From: Bispira polyomma
Lineage: Eukaryota
Length of the DNA stretch: 64,000 nucleotides
Direction: 5' to 3'
Assembly (NCBI GenBank): GCA_965649765.1
Contig: OZ287748.1
Coordinates: 10,726,001 to 10,790,000 of the forward strand
The notes under the pieces were generated by a model. The model was given only the letters and a program-made list of their open reading frames with translations. It had not been told where the DNA came from and ran no database searches. Shown here in pieces: positions 50,670-62,645 of the stretch; position 1 is the first letter of the stretch; the number at the start of each line of letters is the position of its first letter. Both the position numbers and the translations under genes were made by a program.

Positions 50670-50830
50670 ATTATTAATACCTTTATATTGCACTCTATTG
50701 ATATAGCATTATCTAAGGCGCTTGTTCTCCGAGCTCATTCTTCCAATCACCAGATGAATCCCCTGCTAACTGGGAATCAAACCAGGGGCCTTCTGACAAT
50801 CAGGCCAACTCCCTAACCACCTGGCCATGC
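50670..50830 (-). mobile_element. Short tRNA-headed SINE remnant
   Basis: Minus strand TGGCCAGGTGGTTAGG (A-box) and GGTTTGATTCCC (B-box); 3' AAGCGCCTTAGA...GCTATAT tail. Confidence 0.55.
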
Positions 50831-52611
50831 AATACCACATATATAACTGTATATATTTATACCACGAATGTTAATTCTTTTATGAATCGACATATCTCCT
50901 GGGGTTTTTCAATCATATTTATAAATTTAAGAAATAGAGATATGACGGATATCTGTATGCTGATGCTGAGGGGTTTGCGCATTATATGTCTGGACAGGAT
51001 TTGCTGATCAATTTAGTTATGACATCACTTGTGTGTTTGAAAAATTACTACCTATTTTAGGCATTTTATTTGATTATAGAGGCTATGACTTTCCCTTTGT
51101 GGTTTCCCTGATTAAATTATGGTTTAAACTGAATTATGGCTCAATAAATAATGTAATTCTTATAGAGATTTAATAAATATCAATTGTTTATAAAAATTGA
51201 TGAAAAAAGATCAAACCATATTTGACTGTTTAGAATCAAAAGCCAATAAAAGGGCCTAACAGTGGCCTTAAGACATAGTAATATTTAAATGAAATTTAAT
51301 ACATTATTGTCTGTATACTTCTGGGGTAGTGAGTGGAATTTGACTACTTCCATCCTGTTAAAAAATATACCAGATACTTAAGGGCATTGCATACTCAGTC
51401 CGATGCATTATGATCTGAAAATTCACGATCCCACGGAAATTTACAAACTGTGCAAAACATACTTAAAACACACATGCCCACATAATCTGAGCCAGTCGTA
51501 TACATGACATCCGCTATGAACATTTCTAAAAATGAGATTTCACTATTTTTTTGGCCCTATTGTATGAGGAGGGACATTGGAATTTGTGGTTCACGCATGT
51601 TTATAAAAAAAAAAAAAAATTCTCTGATTAATTTCATGGATCATTTCCTTTATTTTACTTTTGATCGTATTTTGTCAAACCTTGTTCTACAACTCCCTTT
51701 ACTCTGTGTGACCGGTTTACACTATACAGTACTATACTGATTCCTCTATTGTAATAGATTCATTCACACAAAAAGAAATTTGTCCTTTCAAATATTACAT
51801 CAAGATGATCTTATTCAAGTCAAACTCAAATATATATACATTTTTATGTGACAATAATGAAAAATATTTAGCCTGACCAAGACTATTTCATTTCATGGTA
51901 GACTGGGCTGGCCACACGCAGGTATATGGTTTTCCTTTTTTTCAATTTAGAACTTAGATATCTAATTTAGATCATAAAGATTACAAGTGCTCACTAAGGG
52001 GGGGGGGGGGGTACTTTTATCTTCTGGGCTCCAAGTTATATATCAGTTCTTATATTTCAGTTATTTAAAATGAGTTTCCTTTAAATTATTACAACATACC
52101 TTTCATCTAGAGTCTATTCCAGTGTATATTTTGAAATATTTAAGTACATATCATCAGCAAAGTGTAATATTTGTCAATATTAGCAATATAATTTTACTAG
52201 GAATTCTGGGAACATATATATATAGTCGGTGCAACGGATATCGAGGACGTAAGCAAGCGCATACTAAAATCAAAAGTATCTATGCATTTTAATGCAATTT
52301 GTTTATATTGCTCTTGATTATTTATACTGACAATATTGTTTTCTTCCACTAATAAAAAATTGCCATTCTACATATTTAAAACCAAACCAAAATACCAATT
52401 TCCAAATTTGGATGCTTCTTGATATCCCATACACTAACTATAGCTATACTTTTCCTAATATAGTCTGTTACCCCAAGAAAATAAGTTAAATATGTTTAAA
52501 ATGTGAAAGGTAAATGCTTTAATTGATGGTATAACCCCTCCTGTGTTTCGAATTATGTGGATGTGTACATTTATACGTAGACACCAGGAACTCTGGGACC
52601 AGAGATATCGT

Positions 52612-52762
52612 AGCAGTATATCTATACTTTACTCTTTACAACAGTTTTTCTCTACTGTACTCTTTACAGCAGTATATCCATACTTTACTCTTTACAGCAG
52701 TATATCTATACTTTACTCTTTATAGCAGTATATCTATACTTTACACTTTACAACAGTATATT
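52612..52762. repeat. Minisatellite, about 27-28-bp unit, about 5 copies
   Basis: CAGCAGTATATCTATACTTTACTCTTTA repeated. Confidence 0.85.
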
Positions 52763-54200
52763 TCTGTGAGAATGCCAACGAACGGTGTTAATTCTACGTA
52801 AATATAAGATTCTATGGAAAAAATCACCCAATTAGGAATCCAGAAGAAATCGTAAACATATCTACTCCTTATTATATAGCACCCTAAATCAACAATTGTT
52901 AATTGTGAGAAAATATGGTAATAATTAAGCATTTTTGTAATGTAAATTGCAAATTAAAGATAAAACTAAGATTTAGGAAAATGCATCAAAAATGTACATA
53001 TAAGTATATGTAGCATATGGAGCTAAATGTGTCTGATCAAGGTTTTTTTCTGCAGAATTAAGTCAGATTGGACTGTGTCACCTCTTATGCTATTGGGGCT
53101 AAGTGGTACTCATTGTTGATATATGACTAGTACTTAATGAGGCAAAAACATACTTATGCATTATAGATAATGTGGGCATTACTAATGAATATGTCTTCTT
53201 TATTGTAGTTTATGTGTGTTCTTATAACAGGAAATGAGTACTGCTCTAGTAAATTAGTTAGGATTCAGAACAGTGATCAATATTACATGTAAAAATGCAC
53301 TAGTTTCTCTTATAAGGAGGACCATGGAATGATTGAAGTTATAAATAATTTATTGTTGACTTCTATCTTTTAACCTTTTTATATATGAATTTAACCACCT
53401 CTTAAAAGCAGTTAGTTAATTACCAATTACCAGGTACAACGTCACAGGAGATGCTAGGCCCTGATTTCGAAGGAAATTATTATACAAATTTTTCAAGTAG
53501 CAGTATTAAGGATAACAAATATAACAAAATAAATAAATAAATATATAACAGTTGATTAATATTATAAAATAAAGTAGAGTCAATATGAAGTATATGTATA
53601 CGAAGAAGATATTATTATCACAATTAAATTACTTGACTACAATGCAATGCTATTCAAGGTCTCTGTGTAACAAATCACAATACATCAATTTACTAAACTG
53701 AAGTAGAAGATAAGCTAGACTTCCTTGTTACTTTGTATTTAATAAATCTGTTCTGATATATATATTCTCTAATATAGAGTCTCACTGATTAACACACCAA
53801 AAAAGTTAATATTAGTTATCACACCATGTATATATCACAGAACACTTAAAAACAAATACACCAGTCTCCTGCAAATAAATATCTGCTAGCTATGGTTTGA
53901 TATGTCATGAACATAGAAGTATTCAACACTAATAAACTACTCATCAATACTTATGCATCTATACAGTTCCTTGGCACTAAATGCCTCGTATGCCAAAAGG
54001 TTGCAGACATACAGCTGCTAAATATGATGAAGATATCTCTGGATTGCAGACAACATACTTCCCAATGTTCTAAGTTTAAGGTCAAAGCAGTACTTATCAA
54101 TGCTAATGTGTAAATGGAGGCTAACATTTATAGAAAAATGTAATACATACTTTCTAAATTGTTGCACACAAGTTATTTATTACAAGAACGTTCCATACTT

Positions 54201-55220
54201 TTAATTCTCACAGAGCTGAAAAAACTTTTGTTCACCAGCTACTATTGTGTCTGCCCAACTTTGGACAGCCTTCAAAATGGTATCATCTTTCTTCTCATAC
54301 CTCATTATAAAATGCTTTGCCATTGCTTCCCTTCTCCTGGTCATCCTATCTTTATCCTCAAAGTCAGTCCTTTGAACCCTAGCCTCCAGCACTGTCTGCT
54401 GGTCCTCTGTCAGCACATCATTCTTAAACAAATCTAGTTGAATTACATCCCATCCTGCTTCACCATCTATATCCACATCAAAAACTTCCCATTCATCTAG
54501 CCAAGGGCGTAGTTGTTGTGTAAAACAGCCATGGGTTTCATCTGGATCACAAACTCTAACAAAATCATCTTTATGCGATGGCCATGCCACACCTTCAAGA
54601 TCTGTATCAAATGTCACATAATCTGGGGTGTAATACCATCGAAGATCCTCTGGATTTAGCCAATCAGGACATAAGGGAAAGACACATTTATTAGGGTCAT
54701 CACCGGGTTGAATATTCTTGGTGCGTAATCTACCTCTTTTGTTAAAATATTCAGTTGTCTTTATCCTTTCCCTGCACCTGTCTGTGTACTCTTTTCTCCA
54801 TGATGCTGGCTTCCAATTTCCACCATTTTGTGCCCATGCTGGTAGCCACCCCAAATCCTCCTCCGGTTTTTCTTCATTCTTGTAATATGTGATCTCTTCA
54901 TTGAGAGTCTCCATGATGAGGCCAATATGTTCTCGGTATTCACTTTGTAATTGTTCATCATGTTCTTTCAGGCTCTTCTTACTTCCGTTGGAAGACAAGC
55001 TGATAATATCATCAGTAACAGCATTCCCAGCCCTGGAGGATTTAAGACTCTTTGCAGACAAGCTCCCACTCCCTTTCCATGGTACTTCAGTTTTAGTATT
55101 CACCTGTTTGCTTGCAGACAACCCAGACTGTGTTCTGGTCACATTGGGAGTTGGTTGTCTACCTATCACATCACTGGTAGTTTCCACTGTCTTGGTTGAA
55201 CTACTGCTACCACAACCCAT
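54201..55220 (-). CDS. Uncharacterised 339-aa protein with N-terminal myristoylation/palmitoylation motif (short paralog)
   Basis: Intact ORF starting MGCGSSS; C-terminal ~250 aa strongly conserved with the 607-aa paralog; upstream acceptor at 55277 and non-coding exon donor at 55706. Confidence 0.9.
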   Translation of the reverse strand: MGCGSSSSTKTVETTSDVIGRQPTPNVTRTQSGLSASKQVNTKTEVPWKGSGSLSAKSLKSSRAGNAVTDDIISLSSNGSKKSLKEHDEQLQSEYREHIGLIMETLNEEITYYKNEEKPEEDLGWLPAWAQNGGNWKPASWRKEYTDRCRERIKTTEYFNKRGRLRTKNIQPGDDPNKCVFPLCPDWLNPEDLRWYYTPDYVTFDTDLEGVAWPSHKDDFVRVCDPDETHGCFTQQLRPWLDEWEVFDVDIDGEAGWDVIQLDLFKNDVLTEDQQTVLEARVQRTDFEDKDRMTRRREAMAKHFIMRYEKKDDTILKAVQSWADTIVAGEQKFFQLCEN

Positions 55221-55706
55221 TACAGAAACTTTTATTTGGTTGAATAAGCCAGAAAATTTAGAATCCTTATTTTTATCTGTAAAATAAAAATGTATAAATG
55301 CAGTAGTTTGTTAGTATAGGTATGTACTTGTAATGTTTGATATGGCTGAACTATTCTTGCATTCTTACCACATAGTTAAAAAACAAATAGAATGTAGGCT
55401 TCAGTATGAGTACTAAAAATAAATTTGATGGAAATAAATTTAATGATCAAAATAAATTTATTGAGTGTAATACACAATACATGATCTACATAAATGCTGT
55501 TTTAACATTTTTTTGTTTTATGCACCAACATAATTTCTAGGTTTACATATTTCATTTATTACTGTTTCAGAAATGTATTTACCCATTAAAAGATTTTCAA
55601 TGACATTCATTGTAATTTAAATATGTTAATTACATCATAAGTTTTCTTTTCTTAATTCTGCAATATATTTTTTCTGATAAACAATAATATTTCCTTAAAG
55701 TCCTAC

Positions 55707-55875
55707 CTGTTTTGTCTGATAACTAGTGTATATATCCTATAATTCCCTGGTAATGTTAGGTAACACCAAGTGTATTAACTTTATAAACAGATATCTTTAT
55801 CAGCAGAAAATATTGTAATTAACTCTGATAATGCACACCCAATGGGTGTACTAAATACCGTTCAATAATTGAACT
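55707..55875 (-). promoter_or_regulatory. Non-coding first exon and TATA/GATA core promoter of the short MGCGSS gene
   Basis: CAG|GTAGGA donor, TATAAA at 55780-55785 and GATA motifs; the block is conserved at 62481-62645. Confidence 0.55.
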
Positions 55876-55877
55876 TA

Positions 55878-56568
55878 TGTGTGGCTCACACTTATGTGTT
55901 TGCTAAAGAGACACCCGTGCGTCTGCTGTGAGAACGCTGTGAGAAGCTGGTCGCTATAATGGCCCCAATAACGAGGTCGGGAGGTGTTATAATCACATAG
56001 AATGCAAGCAAGATTACAAAATTCAGAATTTACCTTCTTTGTAGTATGCATTGTACAAAACTGCACAAAATGCGCCAGGCATTTGTGAAAACTGCATGCT
56101 AACAGCATGGTCACAGCAGGATGGATGTTCTAGAAACACAAGGATCGAGTTGATAATACATCGCCATCGCAATAAATGTGTAGTAATGGTGTAGAGATCG
56201 CCCTATTCGAGTGGAGCAGGTACAACATTAGTCCTGTGCACGCCTAATTAGACCCCCCCCCACAGAAAGTATAAAGATAGATGGTGGTGCATTCTCAAGG
56301 CTGTCCCAACCATCAAAAATGACTTAAAAATACATTACAACTTTATCTTTCATCATTTATAAGGTAACTTGGGAGTCATATGCAGTGAAAACATAGACAT
56401 GCAGTGGCCGCATAAATTGCATAAAGAACGAGTTGTCATTGTGTTAGGGTCGAATTAAGAATGCATGGCAACTGCTAAAAAATATGCACCGTTCAATGTC
56501 GACGATTCATAGAAATCATAGTTTGTATGGGAATCCCTTGTTTAGATCGTGTAAGTGTGACCCGGCCT
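55878..56568. mobile_element. PIF/Harbinger-like non-autonomous element with TTA target duplication
   Basis: Absent from the paralogous site (~62650), where the flanks are contiguous; TTA at 55875-55877 and 56569-56571; TIR core GG(C/G)TCACACTTA. Confidence 0.8.
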
Positions 56569-56881
56569 TTAAGTTTCCACCACTGGATGTTCATGTACAC
56601 AAACCAAAATGCGATACTGAGAGTTATACCAAATCATTAACAATAAGTAAACTAATACATCACGTCTTCTTAAATAGTAAAAGGTCTCTTCAGTGTATTG
56701 GGACACGTAACTGCATTTTAAACGCTTGTACTGGTCTATTTTTAGCAGTTAGATGATTTCATTATCATCTTAAAGTATTGTTGAATCTCTCCCAGGTATT
56801 TCATGTATTAAGTTCTATTATATACTAATTAAAGATTTACAGTGCCTCTATTAAAGTTAAGGAATAAAGTATATAATAATA

Positions 56882-57087
56882 TTAGTATTTGCCCTTTGTA
56901 TAAATCACTACGAGATAAATATATCCCTTATGCCTCAATTTGTAACTATTTAAATTTTATAAATATAATGTCATCTCAGAACCCATCTAAAATTTCTAAC
57001 TTATCATGTTTTTTATATCATAGTTTTAAAGTAAAAGAATTGTTTTTGATTTGTAATCAGTGTTATTGAAAAAAAAAAAAAAAAAAA
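56882..57087 (+). mobile_element. LINE extreme 3' end with poly(A)
   Basis: ICPLYKSLRDKYI...FINIMSS..NLSCFLY is a typical LINE ORF2 C-terminus; A-run at 57069-57087; similarity to the paralogous unit stops here. Confidence 0.75.
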
Positions 57088-57625
57088 TTTACCTTGCCTT
57101 CAGACCACAAAAGTTACCTGGATTGACCCAGATTAAAGCAGATATGGTGTCAGACTGAACGTTCCTGATCTAAGTCAAACCATATAAAAAGGAATCCTAT
57201 TCCAGTGGTGGCTTTGAGCAGATTGACCCTTGTTGAGCTCAATCTGTGTTGAGTGGGGTTATAGTGTGAAGTACTGTAAGGCTTTGGATTTTAGCAGAGT
57301 GGGCTATAGATTGTAATCCAATCTGGTAGACTCCTCTTCCGACAGGGCTATAATAGAGTTAGAGGTGGATTACTCTTGGTTAGGTCCCGGTCCCACTGGA
57401 TTTACGTTAGGCTATGTTACTCCCGCAGGGTCACGCAGATATTCAAAATTCCACTCACAAGCAAAATAATTATTTCAGAACCTTAAACCTATGCTAAAAC
57501 TTATATCAATGTATGCAAAAACAGTCATTTGACGACGCGAGGAGATGCATTATTTTATGTTGAAGCCCATTAGACTAGGTGAATATCTAAGTAAAGCCAT
57601 GTTGTTTTACACTGAGAGTTGCTAA

Positions 57626-58141
57626 TGGGCCAGTCCCACCGGATTGACGTTAGTCTATGTCAACCACGCAGGGCTCTCGCAAATATTCGCAGAAGTCCAC
57701 GCAGTTGAAAACCCTACGCGAAAATCTATTTATTTACATTAAAGACTTTAAGTTACGCACAGATACACGTATTTGTATGTCAATACCTGTAAAGACACAC
57801 AGCTGATGCAAAAATTCACGTAAATGTGTACGCAAAGACACGCAAATACCTGTAAGACGACGCAAATGCAGACGTCAGAGGCCGTAATATTACGTTAAAC
57901 CATGTCATTTATTATGTTATATGTACGTTTTCCTATGTAATCTGTCACAAGGTTATGTTTTTTACGTTAATATAGGTAATGGTACGTTGATTTGTATGTA
58001 ATCTTACACTTTATTACCATCTCTAACGCCAGGTTATGCACCTTAATGTATGTCACGTCAGCTCCTGCCAATACCACACAAACCCTATGCAGAATTAATT
58101 TCCTAACGACCACTTACGTGAAAGCCGGTAGGACTGGCCCA
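57626..58141. mobile_element. PIF/Harbinger-like MITE
   Basis: TAA-TGGGCCAGTCCCACCGG ... CCGGTAGGACTGGCCCA-TTA; ACGCA-rich interior. Confidence 0.8.
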
Positions 58142-60176
58142 TTAAGGACTCTAGACTACGCCCCCTCTCGTATAACCATATAAATATTTACGTTTACACA
58201 CTTTAAATCTGACAGGCTTTTTATGAGCAACTTTCAAAAATTTTAATTTCTTGCAAACCATCTCAGAAGCCAGGTTATGTGCATGCACATACAACATGGC
58301 AAAGCATGCAAACTCCATGCAAGCCCCATGCCAACTTATTTTTTACACGAGATCTAGCGTGATGACCGGTGGGACCCAGACAATAACAACTTCACTTTCT
58401 TGATGCTTTGACACAAATAGCTAGAAGACTTCTGTACCTGATTGCAATTTTTATCTCACCCAGAATTATTAAAGTTGTGGCACTGATAACTAATCATTGA
58501 AATTTCTGGTAGAAATAAAAAACAAGATATGCTTTAAGTTGTTTATGCAATACTAGTTATCAATGTCCTAAGACAGGTAATAGATAAATTTTCTTTGTAT
58601 TTTAAAATGGAAATATAAGAGAATGATCCTCTTTGTTGATGCTTAATGTCTGTGAGATAGTTCGATTACACAAATAGAACACTTCAGAAGCTTGATTGTA
58701 CTGTCTGTAGTCCTAAATTATAAGTTTACGAGATTGACACTGATTACTGATTACGCATTAATTTCTCTAGTCTGGATGCTTAACCCAGATTCAGTTAAAT
58801 CTGTTTTAATCCGGATCAATCAGGATTATTCTAGAAAGATGTCATTTCGTCGTAGTCATCTGATATCTGAGATTAACATACTTGCTCATAATTTTGCTTC
58901 TCATTAATACACTCAGTGTAATATATGGCAAACCTTTTTAGACAAGTCATGGTCTTATTTATTCCAAATAATGAGTTGTAAGGAGAGTGCTTTAATGGTG
59001 TTTTCTATTTCATTATAGATGTTCTGATTTAAGCACACACACACGGGTCCTCTTTTTATATTGATCACATTTTTTGGCTTGTTCTCAAGTCCTAATTATA
59101 ATGCGTTAAAAAAGAATGTACACCAGATGATATAATAAAATGTGTAAAAGCACCTTGGCCATTAGATTAAAAACCTCCTTGTTTGATCCATTTTTTCCAG
59201 GATTTTCATTATCATGGGTTACTATGGGCTTTTAGTAATATTAATGTATCATGGAGATTTTAACTGTGGTAATTAACTGTGGTAACTGTGGTAATTGTGG
59301 CGTTGGAAACTCAGAATCCACTTAGCTAATCTAGATTTGTTTGTAATGAAGTTATTTCTTGGATTAGCTGAGTTTTGTTATGGAATTTTGGTTGTTTATT
59401 GAGTTTTGTTATGAGTGACTAGTACTTAATGAGACAGAAATTACAAACTGATTCCTGCATTGCAGATAATGCATATGTCTTCTTTATTGATGTTTATGTG
59501 AACCCATACAGCAGGAATAAAATGCTGCTCTTGTCAATTATAGTTAAGAATCAGTACAGATATAAATGTTGCAATGCACTAGTTTCTCTTATTAGGAGGG
59601 CCAAGGAATGATTGAAAAGATAAATAATTTACTGGTCACTTGTAGCTTTTAACTTATGTTTCTGTAAATTCAAATACCTTTTAAAAACAATTAGTTAATT
59701 AACCATTACAAAGTACAATTTCTAAGAAAATTATTGTCCAAATTGTTAAAGTAAAAGTATTAAGGATAGCAGATATAACAAATAACAAGCATATTATAGT
59801 TGATTGAAAATAAACAGTATTAAAAAAGATATAGACAATATGCAATATTCAGATTCTTTGTGCAACAAATTACAATAACATCAATTTATTAAACTGAAGT
59901 AGACGATAAGCTTGTCTTTCTTGTTACTTGGTATTTAATAAATCTGTTCGGAAAAATATTCTCTGATATAGAGTACCACAGATTAACACCAAAAATATTA
60001 ATAGCTTTCAGTTTGGATTAACATATATATCCCACCTATGTATGTATCACAGAATACTTGCCATTAAAAAAACAACATACACCAGCATCCTATAAAATTA
60101 TATCCTATAAACTCTGTAAATTATTGCACAGTTTTGCTTTCAGTCCAGTTATTTATTACAGAAACTCGCCAAACGT

Positions 60177-62000
60177 TTATTTCTCACAGAGCAACAGAAA
60201 ATGCTGTTCATCAGCTACTATTGTGTCTGCCCAACTTTGGACAGCCTTCAAAATAGTATCATCTTCCTTCTCATATTTCTTCATAAAATTATTTGCCATA
60301 TTATCCCTTCTTCTAGTCATTCTGTCTTTATCCTCAAGGTCAGTTCTTTGAGCTCTTGCATCCAGTACCGCCTGTTGGTCCTCTGTCAGCACATCATTTT
60401 TAAACAAATCTGGTTTAATGACATCCCACCCTGCTTCACCATCTATATCCACATCTAATGCTTCCCAATCATCCACCCAAGGGCGTAGTTGCTCTGCAAA
60501 ACATCCATGGATTTCATCCGGATCACAAACTCTAACAAAATCATCTGCATGAGATGACCATGCCAAATTGTCAATATTGGTATCAATTGGCACATAATCT
60601 GGGGTATAGTACCATCGAAGATCCTCTGGATTCAACCAATCAGGACATAAGGGAAAGACACATTTATTAGGATCATCACCGGGTTGAATATTATCAGTGC
60701 GTAATCTACCTCTTTTATTGAAATATTCACATGTCTTTATCCTTTCCCTACACCTGACTGTATACTCTTTTCTCCATAATTCTGGCTTCCAATTTTCACC
60801 ATTTTGTGCCCATGCTGGTAGCCACCACAAATCCTCCTCCGGTTCTTCTTCATTCTCGTAATATGTAATCTCTTCATTGAGGGTGTCTATGATGTTGCCA
60901 ATATGTTCTCTGAACTCATTTTGTAATTCTTCTTCTTCCTCAGGTGTTAACTTCTTAATTTTGATTACACCAGATTGACCATTATCTACAGCATCATCCT
61001 CTTTCAGGCTCTTCTTACTTCCTTTGGAAGATAAGCTGACAAGATCATCCGTGACAGCTTGTAGCATCCCATCTCCTTCGGTGTCGTTTTGACTAATACT
61101 GTTTGCTGCAACTTCTTCCTTCAAACTGCCATGACTCTGTTCTGAAGTGAAACTCATAGCATCTTCTCTGGCGTGATTTCCTTCTGTCTGTGTGGCATTG
61201 CTTTCAGGGTCCACACTTCCTTCTTCTTTTAATGATCTGACAGCTGACGATAAACTAGTATTGCTCTTTGTAACATAAGCATCATCCGGCTCTGTCTCAC
61301 TTTCTGCTTGATGTTGGACATTACCAGCCACACTTTCAGCCTTTAAGCTATTATGGCTTTTTGAAGACAAACTGACATTACTTTTGTTAATGTCATCTTG
61401 TTCTGGTTTTGCTTCACTCTCTGCTTGTACAGTACTATTTGTTGAAATACTTTCAATCTGCAAGCTCTGCTCACTCTTTGCAGACAAGCTAAGGTTACTT
61501 CTAGTCACATCACTTGGTTCAGTTTTAGCCTCACTCTGTCGTTTAACACTAGTGTTGCTTAATACACTTGCTGCCCTGGAGCTTTTGAGACTCTTGGAAG
61601 ATAAACTAGTATGGCTTTGTCTGATGCTATCCTGCAGGTCAGTCTTGGTTTCATGATTCCTTGCCACGGTACTGCTACTTAGGTTACTTCTGACCTTCAG
61701 ACTCTGTTGGCTCTTCAAAGATAAAGTAAGGCTTCGTCTGCTAACATTATCCTGAGGAGTCTGAGTCCCATTGTATCGTTTAGTACTATGGTGACTTGCA
61801 GCACTCCCAGCCCTGGACGATTTGATATTTTTTGCAGACAAGCTCCCACTTCCTTCCCGTGATACTTCAGTTTTAGGATGCACCTGTTTGTTTGTAGACA
61901 ACTCAGACTGTATTCTGGTCACATTGGGAGTTGGTTGTCTACCTGTGACATCACTGGTAGAGTTAACTGTCTTGGTTGAACTACTGCTACCACAACCCAT
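60177..62000 (-). CDS. Uncharacterised 607-aa protein with N-terminal myristoylation/palmitoylation motif and Ser/Lys repeat linker (long paralog)
   Basis: The ATG is at 62000 (the track starts one codon early at GTG); MGCGSSS; about 8 SLSxKSxxSLK-type repeats; conserved C-terminal domain. Confidence 0.92.
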   Translation of the reverse strand: MGCGSSSSTKTVNSTSDVTGRQPTPNVTRIQSELSTNKQVHPKTEVSREGSGSLSAKNIKSSRAGSAASHHSTKRYNGTQTPQDNVSRRSLTLSLKSQQSLKVRSNLSSSTVARNHETKTDLQDSIRQSHTSLSSKSLKSSRAASVLSNTSVKRQSEAKTEPSDVTRSNLSLSAKSEQSLQIESISTNSTVQAESEAKPEQDDINKSNVSLSSKSHNSLKAESVAGNVQHQAESETEPDDAYVTKSNTSLSSAVRSLKEEGSVDPESNATQTEGNHAREDAMSFTSEQSHGSLKEEVAANSISQNDTEGDGMLQAVTDDLVSLSSKGSKKSLKEDDAVDNGQSGVIKIKKLTPEEEEELQNEFREHIGNIIDTLNEEITYYENEEEPEEDLWWLPAWAQNGENWKPELWRKEYTVRCRERIKTCEYFNKRGRLRTDNIQPGDDPNKCVFPLCPDWLNPEDLRWYYTPDYVPIDTNIDNLAWSSHADDFVRVCDPDEIHGCFAEQLRPWVDDWEALDVDIDGEAGWDVIKPDLFKNDVLTEDQQAVLDARAQRTDLEDKDRMTRRRDNMANNFMKKYEKEDDTILKAVQSWADTIVADEQHFLLLCEK

Positions 62001-62480
62001 CACAGTAACTCTTCTTTGGTTAGAGTCAGGAATGTTAGAATCCTTATTTGTATCTCTAAAATATAAATATATATATATATATATATAAATATATATATGC
62101 AGGACTTATTTTATTTGTTGGTACAGGTATGTAATCTCTGATATGGCTAAAATATGCTTGCATTCTTGCAATAGTTAAAACACATAAAATGTAGGCTCCA
62201 ACACGAGTGCTTAAAATCCATTTAATGAAAATAAATTTAATGGAGGTCATGCACAAATACATTATGTATATAGATGCTGTTACAATACATTTTTGTTTTA
62301 TGCATCAATTTAATTTAGCTAACATAATATCTAGGTTTCCAGTATTCATTTATTACTATGTTATAACCTTATTTACCCATTCAAACTTTTCAAATGAGAT
62401 TTACTGTTATTAAAATATATTCTTTATCGGCAATGATATATATATTCTAATAAAACAGCAACATTTCTTTAAAGTATTAC

Positions 62481-62645
62481 CTGTTTTGTTTGGTGCTGTG
62501 GTGTATATCCTATAATTCCCATGACATGTTAGGTAACACCAAGTGTATTATCTTTATAAACAGATATCTTTTTCAGCAAAACACCTTGTAATTAGCTCTG
62601 ATAATCCATGCCTACTAAGTGTACTAAATACCGTTCAATAATTTG
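62481..62645 (-). promoter_or_regulatory. Non-coding first exon and TATA/GATA core promoter of the long MGCGSS gene
   Basis: CAG|GTAATA donor at 62480 and TATAAA at 62553-62558; conserved with 55707-55875. Confidence 0.55.

Larger units (their letters stand above)
53124..56880 (-). repeat. Segmental duplication copy 1 of the MGCGSS gene unit
   Basis: Colinear with 59416-63165 across the 3' flank, CDS, intron, promoter and upstream DNA. Confidence 0.9.

Noticed and set aside
42000-53000. Additional protein-coding gene in the long intergenic stretch
   Set aside because: Only short low-complexity ORFs and repeat fragments are present; I could not support any exon chain, though small or non-coding exons cannot be excluded
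62001-62003. Track start MMGCG for the long paralog
   Set aside because: The extra residue is a GTG codon; the ATG at 62000 matches the paralog and places Gly at position 2
54159-62088. + strand ORFs overlapping the MGCGSS genes
   Set aside because: Antisense shadows with no independent protein features
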